A stretch of 63,378 nucleotides of DNA, counting the filler, from Malassezia furfur (taxonomy: Eukaryota), in NCBI GenBank assembly GCA_052055015.1. It is 16 parts of 16 records of this genome, joined end to end, with 100 filler letters (N's around TTAATTAATTAA, not from the genome) between each part and the next. Parts side by side here need not be neighbours in the genome. Positions count along the whole stretch, not along the records: positions 47,908 to 51,705 come from JBQJIT010000726.1; positions 51,806 to 55,602 come from JBQJIT010000727.1; positions 55,703 to 59,498 come from JBQJIT010000728.1; 13 more parts are not named here. The stretch is one strand, 5' to 3'. The position numbers were made by a program, and so were the translations under genes. Below, in pieces: positions 47,808 through 58,824 of this stretch. The notes beneath the pieces are model-generated. The model was not told the origin of the DNA, made no database searches, and was given only the letters and a program-made list of their open reading frames with translations. How positions within the stretch are numbered: position 1 is the stretch's first letter; each line of letters starts with the position of its first letter.

Positions 47808-47907
47808 NNNNNNNNNNNNNNNNNNNNNNNNNNNNNNNNNNNNNNNNNNNNTTAATTAATTAANNNNNNNNNNNNNNNNNNNNNNNNNNNNNNNNNNNNN
47901 NNNNNNN

Positions 47908-49064
47908 TGCGTGCGCATGCACGCGACCTCGTCGAAAAGGTCAAGGCCGAGCAGGAGCGCGCGGACGCTGCCGAAGAGCGCGTGCGCGAACTGCGCCGCA
48001 CCGCCGAGGAGAGCCGCCGTGCGATCATGCGCCTCTCCTCGTCCAAGGCGAAGGCGGAGGCGCAGCGCAGCGACGTAGACGCGGACCAGCCGCGCCGCCC
48101 GGGCAGCAGCCTGAGCTCGCTCACGAACCGGCCGCTGTCGGCGCTCAACTTTGACGACGGCGAAGAGACGCGCGGGCTCAAAGGCCTGCGCCTCTCGAGC
48201 GGCAGCTCGGTCACCTCGCCGACGCCGCCAGCGGTCGAGGCGTTCGGCAAGGACGACGACGCGTCGACGCGCAACTCGGCGACGACGACGCCCGCCGAGA
48301 CGCCGGAGCTGCCGCAGGGCGAATTTGCGCCGCCGCGCGACGAGGAGCCGCCCACCTCGAACGAGACGGTCAAGGGCGAGGAGGCGGCCGCCGCGACGGC
48401 GCATGCGCCCAACGCGTTCACCTCCATGTTCGGCAAGTCGTCGTCGCTGCTGCGCCCGACGTTTTCGTCGCTGCTCCGCAAGCCGCTGCCGACGGCGCCC
48501 GCCGAGGCGTCTGCGGCGGTGCCGGCGCCTGTGCCCGCCGACGGCGAGGAGGCCGCGCCCGAGGCGGTGTCGCGCGCGGACCTCGAGCGCGCACAGGCCG
48601 AGCTTGCCGAGCTGCGCACGCAGTTTGCCCTGCTGCAGGACCAGCTCACCGAGTCGCGCGAGGCCGAGCAGGCGAGCGAGATGCTGATCCGCTCGCTGCG
48701 TGAGTACATTGTCAACTCGCAGGACGCGGGCGGCAAGGAGGCCGTCGCCGAGGCGCCCACTGCCGAGGCGGACGTCGCTGCCGAGGCGATGGTGACCGAG
48801 ACGATGGCCGCGCCCGAGGCGGGCGACGTCGCCGAGACCGGCGACGTGGCGGACGCCGAGCCGCAGGCGGATGCGGAGCCGCAGACGGATGCGGAGCCGC
48901 AGGAAGACGCCGCAGCCGAGGCGGAGGCCGAAGCCAAGGACGAGGCCGAGGCGGAGCCGAAGACCGAGGCCGAGGCCCAGGACGAGGCAGACGCCCAGGC
49001 CGAGGGCGATGCCAAGGACGAGGCGGACACCGACGAGGCCGAGTCCGCCACGGACCTGTCCTAA
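47908..49064 (+). CDS. Coiled-coil protein C-terminal fragment with acidic Ala/Glu/Asp repeat tail
   Basis: Coiled coils (ELRRTAEESRRAIMRL; ESREAEQASEMLIRSLREYI) and a degenerate DAEPQ/EAEAE repeat at about 48850-49050. Confidence 0.65.
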
Positions 49065-49089
49065 ACTTGTATAGGCGCGCATGTAGCGT

Positions 49090-50974
49090 ATGCTTCCTTT
49101 CCCTGACCGGCGGCGTTGCCCCACCTCCACCTACGACGCGATGTTGGCCTTCGTGTCGCTGGCGCTGAGCGTCTATGCGCTGGTGACCTATCTGCTGCGC
49201 GGCGCGACGCCGGCGCCCGCGTTCGATGCGGACGCGGTGCCGATCTTTATGCGCGCGCCCTCGCAGGGGTACGCGCCCGCGTTCCCGACGCACGGCGCGG
49301 CGGGCGCCGTGACGTGCGAGGTGGATGTGTGCTCGTACGTGGGTGCTTATCTGCTGTCGAAAGGCGGCTCGGCGAGCGATGCCGCGACGGGCGCGTCGGC
49401 ATGCGTCGGCGTGATCCACGCATACCACTCGGGCATCGGCGGCGGCGGCTTTGCGCTCATCAAGACGAACCAGAGCGAGCCGGTGATGGTCGACTACCGC
49501 GAGACGGCGCCCGAGGACGCGCACCGCACCATGTTTCTGAACAAGTCCAAGGAGGAGATGTTCCACGGGTACGTCTGTGGCTGACGCAGGGGCCTCGCGG
49601 TCGCGGTGCCCGGCGAGGTGCGTGGGTGGCAGGCGATGCATGCGCTGTACGGCCGCCTGCCGTGGGCCGACGTCCTTCAGCCTGCGGTCGAGATTGCGCG
49701 CCGCGGCTTCCGCATCCCGCCGCAGCTCAAGTACGCGATGGACACGCTCGGCGACAAGCTGTGTGACGCGCCGCGCCTCGGCGACGCCTACTGCCCCGGC
49801 GGCGTGATGAAGGAGCTGGGCGACACGGTGCGGCTCCCCGAGCTGGCCGACACGCTCGAGCAGATTGCCGTGCACGGCGCCGACGCGTTCTACAGCGGCC
49901 CGATCACCGAGCGCACGGTCGCGACGGTGCGCGAGCGCGGCGGCATCCTGGACCTCGCGGACCTGCAGCGGTTCCGTGTGCTGTTCCGTGCCGCGCAGTC
50001 GATCGACTACCGCGGGCGCTACCGCATCTGGTCGACGACCGCGCCGAGCTCCGGCGCGGTGCTCCTGTCGGCGCTGCGCACGCTGGAGAACTACCCCGAC
50101 CGCCCGTACGACCGGCACGACGTGCTGCAAACGCACCGCGCGATCGAGGCGGCCAAGTTTGCGTACGGCGAGCGCACGCGGTACGGCGACCCCGCGTACC
50201 TGTCGAACGTGTCGGCGTACGAGCACAACGCGCTGTCGTACGAGGGCGGGCGCAGGCGTTTCACCAAGATCGACGACACGCGCACGTTCCCTGCGGCGTA
50301 CTACAACCCGTCGTACGAGGACTCGGGCGAAGACCACGGCACGTCGCACATCAACGCCGTGGACGCGTCCGGGATGGCGGTGAGCATCACGACGACCATC
50401 AACCTGTGGTGGGGCAGCCTCGTGCAGACGCCCGACGGCATCTTGCTGAACGACGACATGGACGACTTCAGCACGCCCGGCACGCCGAACAAGTTTGGGT
50501 ACAAGCCGTCGCCCGCGAACTACATCGAGGCGCGCAAGCGCCCGCTGTCGAGCATGTCGCCGCTGTTCATCGAGTCGCTCCCGAGCGGCGAGACGCAGCT
50601 CATCGCGGGCTCCGCGGGCGGCTCGCGGATCATCACCGCGAACCTGCAGATGGCGTACACCTTCCTGTCGCACCACGGGCGCGTCGACATGCAGGAGGTG
50701 ATCCGGCACCCGCGCTGGCACCACCAGCTGATGCCCGCCGAGACGTTCTTTGAGTACGCGATCGCCGAGCTGCCCGACGTGCACGGCTACAGCAATGTGT
50801 ATGTGGCTACGTTCCTGACGCAGTACCGTCGCGGGCCTCGCCGCCCTGGGGCACACCCCCGCGTGGATCATGCCCGGCTCGTCGGCCGCGCAGGCGATCC
50901 AGCGCCTCGCGAACGGCTCGTGGGCGACCGCGAGCGAGTCGCGGCAGCCCGAGGCGCGCGGCGGCGCCGTGTAA
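49090..50974 (+). CDS. ECM38: Gamma-glutamyltranspeptidase; introns 49569-49589 (21 nt) and 50799-50823 (25 nt); start could be 49141
   Basis: HSGIGGGGF, DYRETAP, GGLAVAVPGE (after splicing), HGTSH (autocleavage Thr), LNDDMDDFS, KRPLSSMSP, GSAGGSRIIT, and an N-terminal TM segment. Confidence 0.93.
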
Positions 50975-50979
50975 GCCCG

Positions 50980-51705
50980 CTAGTAGCGCAGCGCGCGCAT
51001 CCGCATCCGCGCAAACACCAGGCCGGCGAGCAGGCCGCCGACGTGCCCGACCGAGTCGATGTGGTTGTCCTGGCGCGGGAAGCTCGCCGAATACAGCTCG
51101 TACGCGAGGATGCCCGCGACGCACATGCGCGCCGGCACGGGCACCACGTAGAACAGCAGGAAGAGCGCATTCGGCCGCATCGCCGCAAACGCCGCCAGGA
51201 TCGCATACACCGACCCGCTCGCGCCGAGCGACATGGTGAAGCGGCGGCGGCGCAGCGACTTTTGCTCGCCGTGCAGAATCGGGTCGACAATGTACGGCCA
51301 CGCGAGGCTCGTCAGCGACGCGGTGAGCCCCGCACCGATGTACAGCGTGAGCATCTGCGGCGCGCCGATGATGGGCAGCAGCGCGGGCGCCGTGAACGCA
51401 AACGTCAGCATGTTGAACGCAAAGTGCGGCATGTCCTGGTGGCTGAAGCACGCCGTGAGTAGCGTCCACCAGCGCCCCTCGCGCAGGTTCGGCTCGCCGG
51501 ACGTAAAGTTGCGCATCATGAAGCGGTACAGGCGCAGGTCGCCGAACCGCGTCGCGCTGTCGCGCGCGTACCACCACACGCCAAACACGGCGGCGTTGAT
51601 GCCGAACAGCACAAACAGGATGGTTGACGACGGCGCGCGCGGCGCGCGCTGGAAGGCGGCGCGCGTGGTGCGGACGCCGCGCGTGGGCAGCAGCGGCGCA
51701 TGCGG
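50980..51705 (-). CDS. PCP1: Mitochondrial rhomboid protease (Pcp1/PARL-like), C-terminal part
   Basis: GRWWTLLTACFSH...HFAFNM, SLGASG (catalytic Ser), GHVGG (catalytic His). Confidence 0.85.
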   Translation of the reverse strand, partial: PHAPLLPTRGVRTTRAAFQRAPRAPSSTILFVLFGINAAVFGVWWYARDSATRFGDLRLYRFMMRNFTSGEPNLREGRWWTLLTACFSHQDMPHFAFNMLTFAFTAPALLPIIGAPQMLTLYIGAGLTASLTSLAWPYIVDPILHGEQKSLRRRRFTMSLGASGSVYAILAAFAAMRPNALFLLFYVVPVPARMCVAGILAYELYSASFPRQDNHIDSVGHVGGLLAGLVFARMRMRALRY

Positions 51706-51969
51706 NNNNNNNNNNNNNNNNNNNNNNNNNNNNNNNNNNNNNNNNNNNNTTAATTAATTAANNNNNNNNNNNNNNNNNNNNNNNNNNNNNNNNNNNNNNN
51801 NNNNNCGCGTCGCAGGTGGGGAAGTATGCGGCATGCGCGCTGCAGGTGGCGCGTGGCGCTGCGTGCCGTGCGTGGCGACGGGCGCGCGCGGCGCGCCCTG
51901 GTCAACCTGGGGCGCGCTGTGGGGTGCAGACGGGCGCAGCGGGCACAGCGGGGGCAGCGGGGGGTGCGG

Positions 51970-54524
51970 CTAGGCTACATAGTGGTATACATGGCGGTCG
52001 TCGGCGCGCTGCACGCGTAAGCATCCGGCGCACGGGGCGCATACGTACCTCGAGGAACTCGCGCTCGAGCAGCGCCTCGATCCGCTTCTTGATCAGCGCG
52101 GGCGTCGGCTGGAAGCGCGGTAGGAGCTGGCGCACCACCTCGTTCACCAGCTCGTTGTGCGCGAGCGTCTTGCGGCTCTTCATCACGCGCACGATGCACG
52201 CGTCCACCTGGTTCTTGCGCTCCTCCTCGACCTTGGCCGTGGTCTCCTTGCGCTCCGTCGGCGTCTCGACCTTGGCGGCGACCTGTGCAATTTTGATGCG
52301 CGCCAGCGGGCACGTAAACGCCGAATGGAAGTAGAAGCGGTCCGTAGACAGCACGTCGCGCCCACGCGGCTCCTTGCGCAGCACCTTGTACTTGGCACAC
52401 GCAAGGCTCTGCAGCGTGCGCTGCAGGTCCGCGTCGCCGATCTGCGTGCGCTGCTGCAGATCCGCGTACGTGAGCGCCGTGTCGTCGGGCACGTCGGAGA
52501 ACTGCAGCAGCACGAGCAGCGCGTACGTCGACACCACCAGCTCGTGCGTGCGCGCGGCAAAGCGCACGCGCACCTCGGCTGAGCCGAGCTGCGGCTGCCA
52601 CGTCAGGACACGCCCGCGGTGCCGCGTGTGGTAGTACGCCTCGAACGTCGCGCACGCCTCGCGCAGCTCCTCGGGCCAGACGACGGGCGTGGTGGGCGCA
52701 CTCACCGGCCAGTAGATCGCGGTGAGCACGTTGACGTGCATCGCAAACGGCAGCGTGCGCTGCTCGCGCGCGAGCGCATTCTGGAACGCGGCGAGCGTCT
52801 CGTGCGAGAGCTTCATGTCGTTCAGCATACCCTGCAGCTTCTGCACGTAGCCGTGGCCGCACTCGACCTTGAGCTTGGCGATCATGCCGCGCTCCGCGTC
52901 GTCGGACACCGAGCGGCCGTGCAGCAGGCGGCGCGTGAGGTGCAGCTTGTAGTAGCGCTCAAACAGGTCCTTTTCGTGCACGAAGCGGAACACGGTGATG
53001 GTCTTGTGCAGCACGGCGTCCATCTCGGCGTCCGACAGCGCCTTGGCACCGCGCTTCAGATGCTCGTCAATGTACAGCGAGATGAACTCGGGCGCACGGG
53101 GGTTCATGTTGATGAACGAGTCGAATGCCTCGTTGATCGCCGCCTCACACGCCTTGTCGTGGTGGAAGCTCGTGGCAAGCACCTCGTCAAAGCGCGTCTT
53201 GAACGCCAGCACATCGTCGACCCACGCCATCGCCCGCTCGGCGCTCGGCGCGGCGTGCGCCGCCTCGTTGATCGCGCGCCCACGCTCCGTGGCGTACGTA
53301 CGCATCGCCTTGTTCATCACGCCGAGGCCCGTTGGGACCAGCTGCACGAGCCGGTACATACGCTCCAGCTCCGCACGCCGGTCCGACTCGAGCAGCGCCA
53401 CGACGCCGCCGTTGGGCATCCCGACGACCGCCTCGAGGTGGTCCGCGAGCAGGTGGCGCTCGAGCGTCGCACGCAGCGCCGGCAGCGTCGCAATGCTCAG
53501 GCACGCCGCGACGCGCGCCGCCTCGTCGGTGAGCCGCCGCTCAGCCTGCTCGAGGTAGTACGTCGCGTCCTGCGCGGCGAGCAGGCACACCGACTCGGCG
53601 CGGTAGTACTCGGCCGTGGTCGCGAGGAAGAGCGGCGCAAACGCCGCCTCGTACACGGTGCGCCGCGCCGCGTCGGGCACGCCGGGCGCCGCAGGCTGCG
53701 TCAGCGAGAGCAGCATGTCTGCGACGCTCTTGAGCGTGCGCCGCTCGACGGACGCGCCCTGCCGCTCGCAAAAGACGTGGCGCAGCAGCGTGACGAGCAG
53801 GTTGGCGAGCATCGGCGCGCGCTCCGAGCGCACCACCGTGTCGCGGAACACGTCGAGGCCCATGTCCCAGATGGGCTGGGCGTGCCGATTCGGCACATAC
53901 ACGCGGTCCTAAGCTGTCAGCACACACACCATACGTACCACGTATTTCAGCACGTCGCGCAGTTTGCCCATGCACGCACAGTGGTCGTCCCACACGCTCG
54001 TCAGCGCGCCAAGGAAGCGCTCGCCCGCGGGGATGCTCGCGAGGATCGCAGGCGTCTCCGAGCTATCGGGCAGCAATCCAAGCACCGCCGCAAGCGAGGC
54101 GTCGTTTCCCGGCGCGCGCGCAGCGTCGCATGCGTCCTGAGCGCGGCGCGCCGACGCGGCGTCGAGCGGGAAGAGCGGCACGAGCTGCTCGGCGACCTGG
54201 CGCGCGAGGTGCTCGGCGACCTGCTTGCGCACGCCCGTGTAAAGCATGTCGCCCTGCTGGTTCTGTGTGTTAGACGAGGGGGGGAGGGCGGCGGCGACGT
54301 ACGAGGATCAGGTTGTAGGCGTAGCGGTAGTGCTCTTCGTAGCTCAGCTGCGAAATGTTGTGCGACTGGATCTGCTTGATCGCGACAAGCAGGCGCGCCC
54401 ACATATCATCGACGGACAGCGTGAGGCCATGCTGCGTGTGAGTGCGTGTGCGACGTACACTGCGCGGCGCCCGCAGCCGCTGGCTCCGCACGCCGACGCG
54501 GCGCGACTGCCCCGCGGCGCTCAT
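51970..54524 (-). CDS. CUL3: Cullin-3; introns 54432-54458, 54263-54302, 53909-53938, 52009-52048
   Basis: SQLSYEEHYRYAYNL, PEFISLYIDE, EKDLFERYYK.HL, LKVECG, IVRVMKSRK (neddylation Lys), IKKRIE.L.EREFL, YHYVA*. Confidence 0.93.
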
Positions 54525-54601
54525 CGTGGTGGCGTCCGGTCACGTGCCGAGTGTTGTTCTCGCGCAGCGCTCGCGCCGGTCGGTTTGTGGGCTTGGCGTG
54601 C

Positions 54602-55602
54602 ATGGCGCGGCGCGTGGGGATGTGGGAGGAGCGGCGTACACGGCTGTGTGCGCCCCTCTTCACGCCCGAAGTGCACCGCGCAGTGAGTGCTCTGGCCACC
54701 TACCTTGCACACAACGACGCCGCCGCGCGTCTCCTCGCGCGCCAGCTGCCCGCAACCGCGCGCGAGGCCCAGACGGTCGGCGAGCTGCTCGACGGCGCGC
54801 TCGCCATCTTATGGCACAGCCAGCGCATCCCGCGCACCTCGCTGGCGGGGCAACTGTGCAGCGAGGCCCTGCCGCGCCTCGAAGAGGTGCGCACATACGT
54901 GCTGTCCGAGCGCGACTTTGCCGCGCTATCAACGCTGCAGCACGGCGCAACGGGCACCGTCGAGGTGGTGCGCTGCAAGTTCGACCGCCGCCTCTACGTC
55001 ATGAAGAGCATCCTGAAGGGCGTCGCACGCCGCGAGGCGTACCGCTTCTCGCCCGTGTTTGAGAGCCGGCTGCTCGCGCACGACAACGACGCCGACGCGC
55101 CGTGTACGCCGTACCTGCACGCCGCGTTCCAGGGGCCCGGCTCGGTGCACCTCGTGATGGAGTACTTCCCCGCAGGCGACCTCGACTCGCTCCTGCGTGC
55201 CGCCGCCGAGGCCGAGCCGGGGTACCCGGGCAAGAGCACCGAGGGCGGCCTGCTGCAGGAGGCGTGGGCCATGCGCTATGCGTGCGATATGGTCGCCGCC
55301 GTCGGCTGGCTGCACGGCCTGCAGTTTGTGCACCGCGACATCAAGCCGTCCAACTTTCTGCTGCACCGATCCGGGCGCCTGCGGCTGTGCGACTTTGCGA
55401 CGTGTGCGCCCTTTGCCACGTTTGGCACCGAGCGCCGCGTGCTGCAGTTCTACACGCAGCGCCCCGCGGGCACGTGTGACTACATTGCGCCTGACATCCT
55501 GCGGTGCGAGGAGCAGCGCATCCTCGCGACGTGCCCCTCGCCGCTGGGCGCCACGTCGCCGAGCAGCACGTCGGCGGCCGGCGGCGCGCTCGTCCCCGGC
55601 GC
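54602..55602 (+). CDS. AGC-group Ser/Thr kinase; 3' truncated
   Basis: LQHGATGTV, YVMKS, LVMEYFPAGDL, VHRDIKPSN, LCDFAT, GTCDYIAPDIL. Confidence 0.82.
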
Positions 55603-55702
55603 NNNNNNNNNNNNNNNNNNNNNNNNNNNNNNNNNNNNNNNNNNNNTTAATTAATTAANNNNNNNNNNNNNNNNNNNNNNNNNNNNNNNNNNNNNNNNNN
55701 NN

Positions 55703-55858
55703 ATCCGCGTGGGGCAGGACGAGCAGGCGCGCACCGAGCCGGAGGGGGCGCGGCGGCGGCGCGCGGTGGCGCGCGCCAACGATGCGCTGCCTGCGACCCT
55801 GTACCGCGCCGATCCGCTGGAGCAGCAAATGGTAGCGACGCGGTATTTGCTCGAGTGA
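55703..55858 (+). CDS. C-terminal fragment of an unidentified protein
   Basis: Open frame from the gap ending ...ADPLEQQMVATRYLLE* 7 bp from the convergent MATE stop codon. Confidence 0.35.
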   Translation: MRVGQDEQARTEPEGARRRRAVARANDALPATLYRADPLEQQMVATRYLLE

Positions 55859-55865
55859 TTTACAA

Positions 55866-57590
55866 CTATACATCCTCTGCGTCGCCCAGGGCCATGCGGC
55901 GGTGCATCTGGTGCATCACCGCGGACCAGTCGGTGCGGTGGACGTACCACAGTGCGGCCGCTGCGCCGTACACCAGCGCGAGGGTCAGGCCCCACCACAG
56001 CCCCGCGAGGCCGAGGTGCGGCGGGCCAAACGCGAGCAGCAGGCTGACGGGGATGCCCACGACGTAGTATGCGGTGAGGTTGATGCCTGCGCTGAGCGAC
56101 TGCCGCCCGCAGCCGCGCAGGATGCCCGCGGCGATGCCACAGATGCAGTCCGCGAGCTGGAACAGCGCGAGAATCGGGAGCACGCTCGCGACCATGCGCA
56201 CCACGAGCGGGTCGCTGCTGAACAGATAGCCCCACTGGTGCCGCGCGAGGAACACCAGCGACGAGTTCACGAGGCCGATCGCGAGCGCGAGCAGCAACGA
56301 CGCATACGCCGCGCGGCGCGCCTCGGCGACGCTGCCCATGCCCAGCATGTTGCCGACGCGCACCGAGGCGGCGACCGCTGCGCCGTACGGCAGCTGGTAC
56401 GTCACCGAGGAGGTGATCAGCAGCACGGACTGCGACGCAAGCGTCGTCGTCCCCAGTGCGGCGCTCACCAGCCCGACGATCTCCCACGCCCACCACTCGG
56501 TCGCGATGCTCAGCAGGCCGGCCAGCCCCAGCGAGAAGCACACGCGCAGGCCCGACGCGTCAAACGCCTTGCGCGACCAGCCCGCCCAGGTGCGTGGCTC
56601 GGTAGCGACGCGGCACTGCAGCACACACAGCGCGGCCATGAGCCACATGGACAGGGCGCTCGCCGCCGGCGCGCCGAGGAAGCCGAAGCGCACCCCCGGC
56701 GGGCCCCACACGAGCAAGTAGTTGGCGAGTGCGTTGAGCGGCGACACGACCAGCAGCACGACCGTCGGCGCGTGCATCAGCCCCTGCGCCTGCAAAAAGC
56801 GGCGGCACAGCTCGAAGATCGCGTGGCCGGGCAGGCCGAGCGCGAGCACCGACAAAAACTGGCGCGCCTTGTGCGCGATCTCGGGCTCCTGGCCCAGCAG
56901 GAGCAGCAGGCGGTCCGCGTAGAACCAGACGGCCATCACGAGCGGCATCACACTGAAGACCATCACCCCGACGCGCTGCGTCCAGAGGCCCATGAGCTGC
57001 GGCTGCCGCGTGTACGACGAGGGGAGCAGCGTGTCGAGCGCGGTAATCAGGCCGCTGATCACGCTGTAGCCCGTGACGTTGGCCGTCATGCCCGCGAGCG
57101 ACGCCGCGGCGAGCTCGACGGTGCCGAGGTGCCCGAGGCTGAACACGGACACCATCGACAGGCTCAGCTCGAGGATATGCGTGCCCCAGATCGGGATGGT
57201 ATAGCGGCTGAGCAGACGCAGCTCGTCACGCAGCTTCTCCTGCTCGCTGCGCGGCGCCAGCCCCCCGGCGCCGCCAGGCGACGGCAGCGGCGAACGGCCG
57301 AGCGTGCCGTAGTCGGGCGTGTCGCGCAAATCGACCGGCGTCGGCGCAATCGGGATGCGAGGGTCGTGCGGCGGCGCAAAGGGCGCATGGGGGTCCGGCG
57401 CAAGGATCGGCACCGCCGCCTCGTCGCCCTCGCCGGGCGAGCGCACGACGCGCTGCGGCCCCAGGAACGACCCGACAAGGAAGTCGGAGAGGCCCGAGCG
57501 GTGCGACGCGCCACTCACGGTGTCCTGTATGCTGTCTTCATCCTCCGTGTAGTGGTGCGGCGGCACCGGGATCGGGCGGCCATGCGACAT
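55866..57590 (-). CDS. ERC1: MATE-family multidrug/ethionine resistance transporter
   Basis: LGHLGTVELAAASL, ALDTL, RFLQAQG, EWWAWEI, SVRVGNMLG, GILRGCGRQ, YYVVGIP. Confidence 0.9.
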   Translation of the reverse strand: MSHGRPIPVPPHHYTEDEDSIQDTVSGASHRSGLSDFLVGSFLGPQRVVRSPGEGDEAAVPILAPDPHAPFAPPHDPRIPIAPTPVDLRDTPDYGTLGRSPLPSPGGAGGLAPRSEQEKLRDELRLLSRYTIPIWGTHILELSLSMVSVFSLGHLGTVELAAASLAGMTANVTGYSVISGLITALDTLLPSSYTRQPQLMGLWTQRVGVMVFSVMPLVMAVWFYADRLLLLLGQEPEIAHKARQFLSVLALGLPGHAIFELCRRFLQAQGLMHAPTVVLLVVSPLNALANYLLVWGPPGVRFGFLGAPAASALSMWLMAALCVLQCRVATEPRTWAGWSRKAFDASGLRVCFSLGLAGLLSIATEWWAWEIVGLVSAALGTTTLASQSVLLITSSVTYQLPYGAAVAASVRVGNMLGMGSVAEARRAAYASLLLALAIGLVNSSLVFLARHQWGYLFSSDPLVVRMVASVLPILALFQLADCICGIAAGILRGCGRQSLSAGINLTAYYVVGIPVSLLLAFGPPHLGLAGLWWGLTLALVYGAAAALWYVHRTDWSAVMHQMHRRMALGDAEDV

Positions 57591-57742
57591 GGGCAGCGCA
57601 GCAACACGTCGTGGACGCTCGCGGGCGCGATCGCCCACGGCGCGCGGCCGGCGCGCGAAGGCGGCCACGTGACCTTTTTCGCGCACAGGGCCCCCGCGGG
57701 GGATGGCCGGCCCGGAAGGTTTCGGCTTCGCACTGCAGCACC

Positions 57743-58636
57743 ATGAGTCCTCCTGTCTCGGGCAAGTACAAGGAATCGGCCACCGCGCGTCTGCTCGGCT
57801 CGGGCACGTCAGGCATCGCCGAGCTGATGGTGTTCCACCCCGTGGACACCGTCGCGAAGCGCCTGATGAGCAACAAGGACCGCACGCGGTCGCTGACGCA
57901 GGTCATCTTCAAGGATAAGGCGAGTGCCGGCCTGGGCACGCGCTTCCTGAGCCTCTTCCCCGGCCTGGGCTATGCGGCAGGCTACAAGGTGCTCCAGCGC
58001 ATCTACAAGTACGGCGGCCAGCCGTACTTCAACGACTACCTCACCGCGCACCACAAGAAGCAGTTTGAGAGCTGGTTCGGCGAGCGCACGGGCAAGAGCG
58101 TGATGGCCGCGACCGCCGGCTCGCTCACGGGCATCGGTGAGGTGGTGCTGCTGCCGCTCGACGTGCTCAAGATCAAGCGCCAGACGAACCCCGAGTCGTT
58201 CCGCTCGCGTGGCTTCCTCCGGATCCTCGCGGACGAGAACGTCAACCTGTACCGCGGGTGGGGCTGGACCATGGCGCGCAATGCGCCCGGCTCGTTTGCG
58301 CTGTTCGGCGGCAGCGCGTTCACGAAGGAGTACATCTTTGGCCTGAAGAACTACTCGGATGCCACCTGGACGCAAAACTTTGTCGCGTCGATCGGCGGCA
58401 GCGTCGCGAGCATCACCGTCGCCGCGCCGCTCGACGTCGTCAAGACGCGCATCCAGAACGCCAACTTCGAGTCGAAGGTCGGCGGCGTGACAATCATCAA
58501 GGAGATGCTCAAGAACGAGGGCATCACGGCCTTCTTCAAGGGCCTCACGCCCAAGGTGCTCGTCGTCGGGCCCAAGCTCGTCTTCTCCTTCACGCTCGCC
58601 CAGTCGCTGATCCCGTGGTTCGGCAAGTATGTGTAG
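57743..58636 (+). CDS. GGC1: Mitochondrial GTP/GDP carrier
   Basis: ESATARLLGSG, FHPVDTVAKRLMSN, SLFPGLGYAAGYKVLQRIYKYGGQP, LPLDVLKIKRQTNPE, ARNAPGSFALFGG. Confidence 0.96.
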   Translation: MSPPVSGKYKESATARLLGSGTSGIAELMVFHPVDTVAKRLMSNKDRTRSLTQVIFKDKASAGLGTRFLSLFPGLGYAAGYKVLQRIYKYGGQPYFNDYLTAHHKKQFESWFGERTGKSVMAATAGSLTGIGEVVLLPLDVLKIKRQTNPESFRSRGFLRILADENVNLYRGWGWTMARNAPGSFALFGGSAFTKEYIFGLKNYSDATWTQNFVASIGGSVASITVAAPLDVVKTRIQNANFESKVGGVTIIKEMLKNEGITAFFKGLTPKVLVVGPKLVFSFTLAQSLIPWFGKYV

Positions 58637-58696
58637 ACTATGTACAGCCGCCGCATGGATCGGGTATCTGGTGTGTGAGCAGGTCCCATCGCAGCA

Positions 58697-58809
58697 GGGT
58701 CCCTCAGTAGAAATCGTTGCATCACGCTAGGCGCGCCAGGCCTGCAGGCGAGCAGGCCCTTGAGGCACGCCCGCTCAGGCGCAAATTACAAGTACCATCC
58801 TTGGGACCC
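58697..58809 (-). ncRNA. Box C/D snoRNA, U16/snR87-like (18S rRNA 2'-O-methylation guide), intronic
   Basis: Perfect 7-bp terminal stem GGGTCCC/GGGACCC; degenerate C box AGGATGG; guide GTAATTTGCGC directly before D' CTGA, complementary to conserved 18S GCGCAAAUUAC; C'-like GTGATGC; D box CTGA next to the stem. Lies in a GTACGT...CTCAC-ACACCAG intron (58668-58824). Confidence 0.8.
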
Positions 58810-58824
58810 ACGAAAAGCACGTAC

